A stretch of DNA of 64,000 nucleotides, taken from NCBI GenBank assembly GCA_026026165.1, contig JAPEUD010000060.1:62001-126000 (forward strand), written 5' to 3'. The position numbers and the translations under genes are program-made. The DNA comes from Sarea resinae (Eukaryota). Of the stretch, positions 39,001 through 52,546 are shown piece after piece; position 1 is the first letter of the stretch; the number at the start of each line of letters is the position of its first letter. The notes under the pieces were generated by a model. It worked only from the letters and a program-made list of their open reading frames with translations, did not search any database and had not been told where the DNA came from.

Positions 39001-42000
39001 CCTAGCCTGTGTTAGAGTTGCCAGCGAGATAGAGCGAGATTTGCGTACTTGGAGAGCTCCATTGCAGCACGCCTCAGACCAAGAAGGTACTGCTTGTCTG
39101 ATAAAAATGCCCCGAGCACATTGAGTCGTCGATCAAGAGACTTTAGCAGTGGCTGAAGATCGTCTTGGTCAGACGTAAACGCGCATCCGATAGATTCGAT
39201 ATCAGTCAAGACATGGCACCTCAGCATTGCATCGTGACAAGCCTGGAAGGACGATGTTGCCGCATCAGAGAGATTCTGAGTCACATCGGTGCGGAGCTGT
39301 CCCAGAATAGTATAAAATTGATCGAAAGTCTTGCGATGTAGAGCAAGGAGAGCATGCCCAATGCCAATATTGAAGTCACCTGCGGATTTCCAAGAAGTCT
39401 CCGCCAAAAATCTTTCAAGAATGCTCCATTTTCCCGTAGCCCAAGAGGCTTCAACTGCGAAGGAAAGTAACCTAGGCGCGACCGATTGAGAACGACGTAT
39501 ACCTTCTACCTGATTTAATAGTACGTCTAGCAGCAGATCGATTAGTCCAAAAATCACAATGCGCGCGGATTAGAGCGACTTGCCGTGCTGGCCTGACTCC
39601 TTGAGACAGGTGAGAAGATTGACTTGAGTTTCAATATCATCTGGCCTCTCAGCCAGCCGCATCTCATACCAGCTCTGAGCGGCTGTCCATCTACCAGCCT
39701 TGCGATGCTCAAGTATTTGCTGATCAATGTTCAAGACGTGCAAGTGAGTAGAGATGCCCTCGATTCCGTCCGGTTCGTCAATTTGAGTATAGATATCCTG
39801 GAGACGCTCGAACAAAGGATCCAACGGTTCATCTGGCCGGCGCTGTTTTTCTCGCTCCTGGCGAATGTATTGCTCCCAATGGAAAAGAGCCCGTGCGTAT
39901 GATTTGCAGTCGACTGCTCGACGTGAGATCACTTCCGCCGGGATACGTGAAAGTACTCTTTCTATGCTTTGGATTTGGGCGACATCTGCTTCGATTTGTA
40001 ACTCAGATGGCAGTCGCCCGGTCGTGCCGCGTATATTTCGAGAGGTTGTCATTTGCTTCTTCTTCTCCTGCATCCACCTCGAGAAATAGTCCAGCACCTG
40101 AAAGACGCTCTGGAGAAAATTAGTATACTTCAGGGTCAATATCTACACCGTGAGACCTTACCTCACTGCATAGCTTTAGGTTCTCCATTTCTATATGCGA
40201 CCCATTTTGTAGCTGCTGACTTAGAACAGCCAGGAGCTCTGTCACGACTTCATCCAATTGTTTCTCGGTACCCCCAACGACGACGTTTAGCGCAGCGAAC
40301 GGAAGAAGGAAATTTGCAATCGAGATATCCTGCCATCGGATTACTCGACTACAAACAGAAAAGATCATTCCAGCATTATCTCCGTTGCTCTTCTGAAGAA
40401 GGTCGATGACAAGTTTCCTGAGCCAGGAACCGTGACTCATTTTCGTATCATAGATTGGATAAGTGCATTCGTCGGGGGAGGCAATTGCAGCAACAACATA
40501 TCTCGAAGAGAGAAATGGCGTAAGAGTGTTCCTGATCGGCTCTGGTAATGCAATCCATCTCCGATAATTCGTATTCGATTGCGTATCACGGGTTCGGAAC
40601 GTCACCGTATCATCAAGACCGCAGAACTTCAACAGCTCTTGCATGCCGTATGAGAGGAACCCTTGCTGCTTACTGTTTGTTGCTGAGAGAAATGCTTTCA
40701 CAAGAATGTCTTGAAGGAAAAAGAGGACAAAGTCAACGGTTTCGTCGGCTCTTTCAAAGTTTGACAACACAAGAATATCGCGCTTATCCCTGACCGCTTC
40801 CACTCTATTCGGATCCAGACACCCGATAAGACCAATACATTTGGCGCAGAGGATAGCAAAGTCGGGCCGTCCTTCTTTAAATTTGACGCAAGCATCCAGA
40901 ACCGACCGAAGTACGCCAGCAACAACAGGATTTGGCTGCTCGTTCACGGCTGAGTCCTGAAGGAAGCTTTGGTGCTCTTGAAGAAATTGCTCCAGCTCTG
41001 TCAAAGCGCGAAAGACAACCGTCATATTCTCGTTTTTACAGCGGTCAATGAAGGCTTCATATTGGTGGCTGAGATCGGTGGAGCTCTTCAGCCTCGCCAG
41101 CTCCGCCTCGAATTTTGACATGAGAGGAATGGAAGCGAGTGACGGTATCGTGTGGACGACATCACGGACGAGAGTCGGATACTCCTTCAGGAGGTGAGCG
41201 ATCATTGCATATGCTCGCTCTTGAGCAACTGGGCCGAAAGAGTCCCAGTATTGTACCACTATCGCGAACGTGGAGTCAACCAAGGACTCAAGATCTACTT
41301 CCTCCAGGTTGGTCACCATGGTGGCCCAAGTCGATAGAGCTTGATCGCGTAGCTCCTTATTTTCAAGAGCTGATTGTAAGGAGGCACATATCTGGTAATG
41401 TAAGCGGCAGTCGAACACGCAAGACAACAAGAAATTGCTGACCTGGGGAAGAGCATTGCTGATGTGGCTTTTGGCAAGTTTGATCAATTCTTCAATCGCC
41501 TTGAGACAAATCTTTTTGTGTAAAGTAGGTTGCAGACCGACTACATCGTCGATCTTGTCTGAGATCAGTGCCATAATGCCAAGAACATGCTGTTCGAAAA
41601 AGAGCCCCAGCATAAGACTCTTCTTCATAGCGCCTTTGCTCTGGCTGGGCCTGCGAACGCCAAGTGTTGCAAGAAGTTGAATCGATCGATATATCTACGG
41701 CGATTAATGTTCACCCCATTAGTTTGGAATTTATGCCCTTACCTTGACACGACTGCGCTCATCTCCCTCACCAGCTATCTTCAGAAGCTCAAAGGCTGTG
41801 GTTATAGGGTGAGACCGTATCAAGTTCTCTAGGTCCAGTTGTTGGAATTCCGGAGACGCGTCGTAGAGCAAGGCCATTGTCGTTTTTTCAATGTCTGGCG
41901 ATGGTTGTGTCATCAAAAGAGATAAAATTGCTGGCATATTTGCGGTATCCTCGCAAGTAGATTTCACCGTGCTGCCTCGAGCATCAGCGATTCTTTTGAC

Positions 42001-44738
42001 AATATCATGTTTCTTTAGAAGAATAAGATAGGGTAAAGTGTAGGTTTGGGTGATGACGAGGAATTCAGATACGGTCATGTTTAGTATGTCGGATAAGAGC
42101 TGTACCATCTGAGGACGACTATGCAAGTCTTTAACCGCTAATACAGCTATACTTGACCAGAAAGGCGTGAAAAGGAATCTTGGTGTCACCTCATTGATTC
42201 TGGCTAATTTCAGGAGCTACTCGAGGTCAGCGGGGATCTGTCTGCGGTAAATCAATACTTACTTCGTTATATGAAAGCCCATATATTAATGGGTTCGTAT
42301 GGCCTAGATACTCTACCAGACGTAGGAGTATAATATTCAGCTCGTCGTCTCCAGCAACACTGCGCCCTTTTATTAGTAAACAATCACGTTTAGCGAGCAT
42401 TAAGACGGTTTATACCTAGCGACCTGTCCCCAGGCAAGTATGCAAGTTTCTTGCAGAGGAAGTTGGTTCTTGTCAGCTACGCTGCGCAAGAAATCGAGAA
42501 CCAGAACGCGGTTTCTGCTCAATATGTCCTTGCCGAATTCTTCTCTTAGAAAGGCAGGTAGCACTCTCCTATACTGATGGTAAGTAGGAAATCGTAACGA
42601 AGGTCAAGGTTTTATACCCTGCAGCAAGGCGAAGCTCCCTAAGGGAACTGAGCTGTGATTTGAGACACCATTGCCCGAGGGAGGAAGATTCGAGAGCTAC
42701 GTGCTCGGGATTTGCAGTGTGGTAAATCAGCCGACGGACAGCGAGCATAAGTAGTATGCGAGCCCGGTTTGAGGCTTGAAGGATTGGTGAATCGATCAAT
42801 CTAGAGATAGCCTTGAATAATTCTTCACTCTGAGATTCAACCAAGAGAACCATCATTGGTTTCGATTTTGCATTTGAGTCGCAAATCGAGCACTTGCTAC
42901 TCATCATGTCCCCATTACTATCGTATTGAACGTTCAGAGTCCCGGCACCAGCACAAGGCAGAAGCACCATACGAGTGAGAGCGAGGCATTGGCCATCCTC
43001 AGGTAGGCATGTATAGCGATCTCTGTTGACATCAGCTTTGTCGAGCCCTTCTTGAGACAACTTACAAGATTACTTGGCTCAGACCCTCCATGGTGCTTGA
43101 CTTTCGAGGTCCTAATCCTAACAGACTATAGAATTCTCCTATCAGCTCCGAACTCAGATTTGAATTGGTACTAGCAGCATAATCCTGGCAAAGACGCCGT
43201 CGTTTCGGTGCCCTTGACTGGCCATCTCCTGGAGCATCTCTTTCATCAATACCGAGCCGAATCAGCAGAGTTTGAAGCGTTTCATCCGCGAATAGCATTT
43301 TCTTATCTCCGTCCTCATCAAAGGGGTTGATTCTTTGAGATATGTTGCTTGAAAAGCCTTCCCGCAGGAGAAGATTAATAGCGAGCTGAACACACTTTAG
43401 TAGCGTACATAGTCGCCGTATCGAATTACTTACCTGTAGATCGTGAGAAAACTCTCCAAATTGTGCCTCTTCAATAATGAGTCGCTCAATGCCTGGAAGC
43501 AGACGTCCAGATGCAGCGCGCTGGAAGGTCTCCGAAATTTGACACGATCGTAAGACATGGATCAAAACTACGCATACTTCCCGCTGCGTTTCAAGACTGA
43601 GTGATGCAGGAAAGCAGTGTAAGACATCATTTAACAAACTTGCGATCAGATTTGCGGCCTTATAAGCTTGTAGAAGCGACAGACTGGCTGTAACTGAGGG
43701 TGATACGAGAAAGTTCAATAATTGTAAGAACGCAGTGAGAAGCCGCTCGTATTGATTGTGGTGGCTGGAGTGCAGTGGACATAAATTGAAGAGCGTCCAG
43801 GTCTCGGCCAAACGGTCGAGCACCCAAGACTGGTCATTTTCGCCTGTCAACGACCAAAGCGTCTCGGTGAGATGTGGACCTCCGAGGTTCGAAAGTGCTG
43901 AAACGAGATAGAGGGCAATCAAGATCGCTTGAGCTGGAACCTTCGCGGTTGTCTGGCAACCTTCGGCTAGAGCAACCGTCCGTGAGGATCCTGCAATAAG
44001 TGTCGTTAAGAACCCACTTGACGGAAGCAGGACTCCTTGAGTAAAGGCTCTTGACTCCCTGAGAGAGCCAAGCAATTCTTGTATGAGTCAGCACGAGATC
44101 TACTAAGCGCACGGGAAGATTTTACCATCCAAACAAGTCATGTAATATTGTGTGAGTTCCACGCAGCATTGCCACATATCAGCCGATCTGCAGGTTGCCG
44201 AGATTATAGAGATAAATAGCCCTTGCAGTTTCTCATTGACCTCCTGGTTGTTCGACTGCCCAACGAGGGCAAACAGCCTCGGCAAGAGCCACACATAGAG
44301 TTTTTGATAGGGCTCTCCATTGGCCTCAGACTCTCCTGCGGGACTGTGAAAAAGAACCTGAGGAGTGCGTCTTATTGTAAGATCTATCACTGCGAGGCTA
44401 CTTGTTATCTGAGATTTTGAATTGTCCACGTTCGGAAGGAGATCATCCGGCGGTAGCATATCCAAGCCAGCTCTAGCAACGACTTGTACCAACTTGTGAT
44501 TCACGTTAATGTCGGTTTCGATCGCCCCATTTTCAGAGGAGCCATCTTCGGCCTCAAGAATCTCGAGGAGCAACTGTTTAAAGCTGTCTCGGTCCGCTGT
44601 CTGTGCTCGGCCATCCGCACTCGAGAGATTCTTGACAATCTGAGCAGCCACAGTAGATGGCGGACATTCTGCTGGACCTTTGGAGGACTGAGGAGCTCCA
44701 TCTGACTGCAGAAACGGCCCAAGACCTCGTGCCATCAT
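36059..44738 (-). CDS. MEC1: PIKK checkpoint kinase ATR (Mec1/Rad3/UvsB), multi-exon
   Basis: HEAT/UME region, FAT domain ([24 protein letters not shown]), kinase ([39 protein letters not shown]), FATC end MYIGWCAFF. Confidence 0.96.
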
Positions 44739-44849
44739 CCATCCTCGCCAGTGGCCTGCGTGGACTGAAACATATGATTGAGCGTAGAGCTTGTCGCGTG
44801 CTGGCTTTCCTGAGATGCAATATTTATGGGAAGACGTGTTGAGCGCTTA

Positions 44850-44855
44850 ACGCGT
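44850..44855. promoter_or_regulatory. MCB-like element ACGCGT upstream of MEC1
   Basis: Exact MluI cell-cycle box ~110 bp upstream of the ATG; a related TCGCGT lies at ~44794. Confidence 0.45.
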
Positions 44856-45526
44856 CAACGATGATGCAGTGCAAGCGAGTCGATATGAACTCTCGCTTCC
44901 AGGTTGTGATTAGCTGTTGTCATATCCAAGGAACCTAGGTACCTACTAACCTTACCTTGTAATTCAATAATCTCTCAAAGAATTACAATGGCATCCGTCA
45001 CAGTATAGAATAGACAGAGAAGTACCTTGAGGTTCAGCTCAATCGTCTAGGCAAGGGCAACAAATATCGATCACATCGATATATCATATCTAAATATACC
45101 AGCCTGTCGTACGTTATGATAGTTCAAGGTACTTACATCCATAGGGATAGCTAGTACCTACCTACCTACCTTAACTTACCTGGTCAGAGCCAGACGAAGG
45201 AAGCCTTGATTGACTCAGCTAGCACTACAAGATAAGGGAACATTCAGAATGTCGAGGGGCAGACGTGAGTAGGCAACAATAGCCTCGATCATCAAGATTA
45301 TCGTATTCTGCAACACACGAGAGAGGCTTGGAGCGGACTGATGGTGGTGTGCAAGCATGCATTAGATCATCATCAGCACGGAGTATTTCGGTCATGGCCA
45401 AGCTCCATCGCTGGCGTGATGTCCGAAGGCCGAAGTGCCCTGAAATTTCAGCAACATATATGGGAAATGTTTTCAATTTGTACAATCATATTTGTTTCAA
45501 TGTGCCATTCCGCTCAAACCCTTCCG

Positions 45527-46310
45527 TTACGAAAGTGACTTGCCGGAGCGCTCGGCTTCTAATTCCCGTTCTGCTTGCTGGTAATATTTGGCAGTGTCCA
45601 CTCCGTGCTATTGCCATGGTCAGATTTGTCTCGCTGATTCGACTTTAGAGCGTAGCCTCACCTGCTCATGGTTGACGAGATTGAACCAGGGAAGGACGTG
45701 CAGCCAAACTCCCGTATATCTCGAATTGCGAGATGCAACCCCCTGAAGGTACGGTGACATGCTCGACTGTCCATAGAGAGACTCGCCCTTCTTAACTTTA
45801 TCAACCATCTCTCGCATATCCATATCCACTTCCCTCTTGTTTTCCGTGAAGCCATAGAAACGCACTGCCACCAGTCACATCAGCCTCCGCCTATCATATA
45901 TCTGAAAGTTTGTATACGGGCCACATACGAGTCGATCGCTGGAAGAATAGCAGAAAGCCGGCGCATGCTGACACGCCGGTAGTCAATCTCATAATAGGAG
46001 CAAAACCACCTCGTCCGACGTATGAAGGGGCAATCCTCTCCCAGAGAAGCATCAAGCCGGGGCCGAACGTGGCAGCCGCAGCTCCTGCTGCGTAATCCGA
46101 TGGCCTCGCATACTTAAGAACCCGTTTGAAGTGACTGCAGATGTTAGAAGAGGCGCAATTCCAAAAGAGATGATATTCGGAACATACGGGTCGCTGTCGA
46201 TCAACTAGGACCATATGTTAGCCAGCATCTTTCCTACTAGACCACCACCTTACCGGATAATCCGTATGGATCTTCTTTGCCGGAACGTAGCTTCTTTGGG
46301 TCTCCGCCAT
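45527..46310 (-). CDS. NADH:ubiquinone oxidoreductase 21/20.9-kDa accessory subunit (NUXM), 5 exons
   Basis: TDYP|LIDSDP|HFKRVLKYARPSDY...RFYGFTENKREV...NLVNHEQ|HGVDTAKYYQQAERELE. Confidence 0.9.
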
Positions 46311-46587
46311 TGTGGTCTAGGAAGATGCAAAGCCTGTTGTGCGGATGGCTGAAAGATTCGCGGTAGCCCGAGGATTGGCAGTATGCGGAGGAGCTGGAAT
46401 GCAATCCAGTGGCTACTGTTTGGGACTAGTGGACATTCGGTTCGCAACGAGTATTAGCTAAGCCCGAGAGTGAAGCGAGGGAGGTGAGTACGGGGTGCGA
46501 TTCGCAACAAGAACCCCTCGGCCCCTCGACCCGCTCTACGGAACCTCGAGTACGCGGCCCACGACAAAGCCCGTAATTAGAACCCCT

Positions 46588-46607
46588 ACGCGTAAACCCA
46601 AACGCGT
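46588..46607. promoter_or_regulatory. Tandem MCB elements (2x ACGCGTAAACCC) upstream of CSM3
   Basis: ACGCGT at 46588 and 46602, ~110 bp before the ATG of a replication-fork gene. Confidence 0.6.
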
Positions 46608-46712
46608 AAACCCCACGAGCTCGTAAGTTGTTTGGTCACTCCGTTTCATTCAAATCAAGGTCTCACGATCTCACTCTTCCATATATCTGCGAAATCCAAG
46701 ATCGGCATTAAG

Positions 46713-47806
46713 ATGTCAGCTGCAGAATCGAATTCGACTCCAATACATGCCTCACTGGCGCCGTCAACACAATCCCTCAATACTACGGCCCCCCCTGGCG
46801 ATGAATTAGATGACCTATTCAACTATGATGTGGGCACCGATGATGTTTTCCGCGATGTTGATACCAACATGGATGTGCTTGTCAGGCCAGAGGCTCCTGC
46901 GCAAAGCATTGCAGGAAAGGACAGTACAGGCTTAGGCATTGACGAGGAGATCAAGGTCACACGCAAAAGAAAGCCAATAGCAAAGCTTGATCACGAGAAG
47001 TAAGGCGGCGTTCTCATCTTCCCGTGCTCGGAAGTAATCGCAAGAAAGCAGCTAATCTGGCTCAAGGCTACTATCGGAGAAAGGGATTCCAAAGCTACGC
47101 CGTATAGCCAAAGACCGGCTTAAATTCAAGGGCAAAGGCCACGAGGTAAGAAATAGTTCTTTTTCGCGGAGACAAGCTGACTTTGCCAATGGAGTATACT
47201 GATGTAGCCCGTCTGCTCAACTTTTACCAACTCTGGTTGGACGATCTGTACCCAAGAGCGAAGTTCGCCGACGGTCTGGCCATTATAGAGAAGCTAGGAC
47301 ATAGTAGACGTATGCAGGTCATGAGGAGGCAATGGATCGACGAAGGAAAGCCCAATCACACGGGATCTGACGAAGATGTCCTGAGACCGGAGAATCAGAG
47401 CGCTTCTGATCCCCGTCCTGCGCCTCCGCCGAATCGACAGGACAGTATTTCCAACCGCCCGCATCTTGACAGCGACCCTACGCAAGAGCCCAGCAGAGAT
47501 CGAACACCTCCAACAGCAGTCTGGGACGAAGGCGATCTTTACACAGTTTCCCCTAGGGGTATGCGCAGTGCAGCATCCCGAGCAGTGGAGCCCGTTACCA
47601 GTCACTCGAATCATGATAGTCTATTCGTATCTGACGACGAGGAAGGAGTCCAACCAGAGGAAGATGAATTGGATGCCCTTCTAGCAGAAGATGCTGCAAA
47701 TAACATGGGCCCATCAGCACATATACCAGCAGCGAAAAGATCCCCCGCGCAAGATGACTTCAGGGACGAAGAAGAGGCAATGGCGGGTATGGAAGACGTG
47801 TGGTGA
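46713..47806 (+). CDS. CSM3: Replication fork protection factor Csm3/Swi3 (Tipin), 3 exons
   Basis: GLGIDEEIKV, KLD..RLLSEKGIPKLR, KFKGKGHE|YTDVARLLNFYQLWLDDLYPRAKFAD. Confidence 0.93.
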
Positions 47807-48419
47807 GCTGAAGCAATTCTGTGCGGCATTCTGGGTTCTGGAGTCACTGCAGCCGTGTTTGTTTATGCTATGATTGATCATGTTGGATTGGGCTACTGCT
47901 TCTACCGAGGCAACAGCCGTGTTTTGAGCTATGGAGCTGAGGACTTCGAGATTGCGAGCAATCACACGCTCCCTACCTTAGGTATTGAAGCCATGAAATA
48001 GCTAAGACACGATAGATACCCTGCTGTAGCTACTGAATGCGATTAAAATATCGATGATAATCTTCGAAAGAACCGCGCCTTCCCTTATCTAATTAGTACT
48101 ATGTACGGAATAGCTTCCGAAGCAATGTAATAATTTCGTACCTTACTGCCCCCGCGCTACTCGTAAATTCCATTGCCTGTAAGGTAACCTCCCGTGCGCC
48201 GGAGGTGTTAAAACATTAGCGAGGCCCAGCGCCATCGTGCGGGAAGACACTACTGCGGTACTCAGACCTACGCCACAACTTAATTCAGATAACCTCCAGC
48301 CACAGATACTACCATACGCCCTGCAGAAGCAAGTAATTCCCTGACTCGGGTTTTATTCTTGATGAGGATTCCATCAAATCCAACTTCAAGGACCCCCAGG
48401 ACGCTCTGCAGAGATAGCA

Positions 48420-51400
48420 ATGGTTTCGGAGCTCTCTGAAGCGCTGGAGCGAGTCAGGATTGGGGCCGACGAAATGGACGATGGCTCTCAAAATCGGTTA
48501 GATGACATACTAGACGAAGTGAGACCGTATAAGAGAGCGAGGCAGTCTAAGGGAGAGTTGAAGGAGACCCTGGAGGCGGCATTTCTGACCCCCTCGACAA
48601 AGTTCAATTCGGCTTGGCTCAATAAGCTTCAGAGGTGAGTCTGTTGTCTCTGTTATACAAAATAAGCGCTAATCCATATCATTGAAGTCGTTGGGACGCT
48701 GACGTTGATCCTGCGGGCCTTTTCGAGCTGGCACCGACACAAACGCGCACTATCATTCGATTTACGAGAGAAGGCTTAGAAGGGCGTGTGACGGGCTATG
48801 AGGAGGTTACTGTACCTGCGAGTAGCGCTACGGCTAAGAACTCAACATCATTGCTGCGCAAGCCCGCCAATCGCGCGAATTTCGTTCGAGGTGCGGCTGG
48901 ATTCTTGCCATTTTCTCCAGGGGGTCTAGATGGAGTGGAAGCAGCCGCAGCATTAGAAGAGGAGTCGATTAGAGAGCAGCAGAAGACCCAGGCATCAAAG
49001 GATACACGACTCGATAGGGTCATCAATTTTGGAATTGAAGGAGGCCTTTTGGATGTTCCCCCTGGCTTCTCTAGAGGTCTCGATTTGAGCCTCAAATCCC
49101 GTCACCTAGATGCCGAAGCTGCCGAAGAAGTAGAACAGACATTATCCGAGGAGCCAGAGGACAGAAGTTTTATTGAAGGAACAGAAGATGAGACAACTCA
49201 TGGAATCCCGAATCACGAAGGGGCTCAACATAGACCAGTTGAGGGCGCGATGGACAGAGAGGACGATAACGAGGATATTGACTCTTTGCTTCCTGTAGAA
49301 TTTCCAGCTCTTGAACCACGCAGTCAGCTTTCTGCAGCCGCTGCCCAGCGTCGGGGGAGAGAATGGGCACATATGGTTGACATCAATCGCGATATCACCA
49401 ACTTTAGGGAGCTTGTCCCAGATATGGCCAAGGAATGGCCGTTTGAATTAGACACATTCCAAAAGGAGGCCGTTTATCACTTGGAAAACGGAGATTCCGT
49501 ATTTGTGGCTGCACATACTTCGGCAGGAAAGACAGTAGTCGCTGAATATGCTATTGCACTCGCTGCAAAACATATGACCAAAGCGATCTATACTTCGCCA
49601 ATCAAAGCCTTGAGCAACCAGAAATTCCGCGACTTCAGACATACATTTGACGACGTAGGGATACTCACTGGAGACGTTCAAATAAGGCCGGAAGCTAGCT
49701 GCCTGATTATGACGACCGAAATCTTGAGGAGCATGCTTTACCGGGGTGCAGACTTGATTCGAGATGTTGAATTCGTTATTTTCGATGAAGTTCACTACGT
49801 TAATGATCTCGAACGAGGCGTCGTATGGGAAGAAGTTATTATCATGCTTCCAGAGCATGTTACTTTAATAATGCTTTCAGCGACTGTGCCTAATACCTAT
49901 GAATTTGCATCATGGGTAGGGAGAACTAAGAAGAAGAATATCTATGTCATCTCGACTCCAAAGCGACCGGTGCCACTGGAGCATTATCTATGGGCAACTA
50001 AGGGAATGTACAAAATTGTAGACTCAGACAAGCGATTCCTCGAAAAGGGGTGGAAAGAGGCAAATGAGGTTTTATCTGGTAGGGATAAGATCAAGGCTGC
50101 GGCGGCGTCCGATGCTTCCAAGAATCAAAGGGCCAGTGGAAATCCGCGAGGTGGAGGCCGCGGTCAAAATCAACGCGGTGGTTCTCAACGTGGTGGCCCG
50201 AATATTCGTGGAGGCAGTCAAATGCAACGTGGTGCTGGCAGTATTGCGAGAACTGGCAGAGGCATGGGACGTACAACGGCCGCACAAGATCGAAACATAT
50301 GGGTCCACCTTGTACAGCACCTAAAGAAGGAGAATCTCCTACCAGCCTGCATTTTTATCTTCTCAAAACGAAGATGCGAAGAGAATGCAGATGCTTTATC
50401 TAACTTGGACTACTGTACAGCTGCCGAGAAGAGCGCCATCCATATGATCATTGAAAAATCAATTGCACGACTTAAGCCAGAAGACCGGCTCTTACCTCAG
50501 ATCAGACGGTTACGGGAACTCCTTAGTAGGGGCATTGCTGTCCACCATGGGGGCCTTTTACCCATTGTGAAGGAAATGGTCGAAATATTGTTCGCGCGAA
50601 CCCTAGTCAAGGTCCTATTTGCTACTGAAACTTTCGCAATGGGTCTCAATCTGCCTACTCGGACAGTGGTGTTTTCTGGTTATAGGAAACATGATGGACG
50701 ATCCTTCCGAGATCTTCTGCCCGGTGAATACACCCAGATGGCAGGACGAGCTGGACGCCGAGGTTTAGATCCAGTGGGTTCTGTGATCATCGTTGCGCCT
50801 GGAAGCGATGAGGCACCACCAGTCAGTGTTTTGAGACAGATGATTCTCGGCGAGCCGACAAAGCTTCGCTCCCAGTTCCGCCTAACATACAATATGATAT
50901 TGAACCTCCTTCGAGTTGAGGCGCTAAAAATTGAGGAGATGATCAAAAGAAGCTTCAGCGAGAATGCCACCCAGGCCCTCCTTCCCGAACACGAGAAGAA
51001 GGTCAAGCTTTCAGAAGCCGATCTCGCGAAGATCAAGAGGGAGCCGTGTGATATATGCGATATCGATCTAGAAGAGTGCCATTCGGCCTCCATGAAGTTC
51101 AAGAAGCTCACTTCCGAACTCCATGTGGGTCTCCTCGCGTCGCCGATTGGCAAGCGAATGTTTGGACCCAAGCGTCTGATCGTGTATAGCAAGGTGAGAG
51201 CTTTCCATTTCTATCGGACCTTACCGTTGCTAATTATCACAGGAGGGAGTTCGCAACGCAGGCATTCTTCTTCGTGAAGGGGTTGGGAGTGGACTTGCAC
51301 CTACTATTCAAGTTTTAGAGGTTGGGCCCATGTCAAGAGATCGCAAACCGAGCGACCTGCTGCCATACCTGCCTGTTTTCAGACAGTCCTTTTCAGAATT

Positions 51401-52546
51401 ACCCAATTCAGTTTCAGAGATAGAGCTAAGGTCTGCATTCATCCCGCTTGGAGATGTTGAATGTATATCAAAGACGCTCGTGAAGGTAGGTAATGTTTGC
51501 CGGTGTCCGTGAGCGATTCGCTGAACAACTTCCAGATTGATCTCTCGGGCGTACTAGCAGGCGACGCAGAAGCTGTCCGGGGTGGATCAGAAGAGATTTT
51601 AAAAATATGCAGCGCCTCTTGGACCGACTCAGGATGGGACGAGCTCGATTGGTCTAAGATCAAGGATCTGCAAGTACGGGACGTCCTGGATGAACGCAAG
51701 AAGATAGCAGCCGCAGCGCAAGAGCGAGCGTGCATCCAGTGTCCGAACTTCCTCAAACACGTAAGTCCTTCGCCACTAAGATATGGTCCCATAATACTAA
51801 CAAGTACAGTTTTCTATGCGGCATGACGAATGGCTTATCAAAGAGAACATATTGCAGTTGCGACAGTTGATGTCGGATCAAAATCTACAGCTTTTACCAG
51901 ACTACGAGCAGCGTGTAGCGGTCCTCAAGGACCTGGGCTTTGTTGACGAGAATTCACGAGTACAATTGAAGGGCAAAGTAGCTTGCGAGGTAAGATGACT
52001 TCCAAAACGCTACCCAGTCGAAGAATGCTAAGACATGTCAACCAGATACATTCGGCAGATGAGCTAGTCCTAACAGAATTGATTTTGGAGAACGTCCTCG
52101 CCGAATTTGAACCGGAAGAGATCGTGGCTCTGCTATCAGCTTTCGTGTTCCAAGAGAAAACCGACGTTAGCCCAACCTTGACGCCGAGTCTCGAGCGAGG
52201 CCAACAGACTATCATTAAGATTTCCGAAAAGGTCAACGCCTTCCAGACCCATCATCAAGTCATTCTCTCAAGCGACGACTCCAATGATTTCGTCAGCCGC
52301 CCTCGTTTTGGCTTGGTGGAAGTTGTCTATGAGTGGGCGAGAGGGATGTCCTTCAATCGTATCACGGACCTCACCGATGTGCTTGAGGGGACTATTGTCC
52401 GCGTGATTACTCGACTAGATGAAACGTGCCGCGAAGTCAAAAATGCTGCTCGGATTATTGGGGACCCAACGCTCTTCACCAAGATGCAAGAATGCCAGGA
52501 GATGATCAAGCGGGACATTACGGCGGTGGCTTCATTGTACATGTAG
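48420..52546 (+). CDS. SKI2: Antiviral/exosome cofactor DExH RNA helicase Ski2
   Basis: [49 protein letters not shown]-terminus ending 'ASLYM'; Ski2-type N-terminus [11 protein letters not shown]. Confidence 0.96.
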
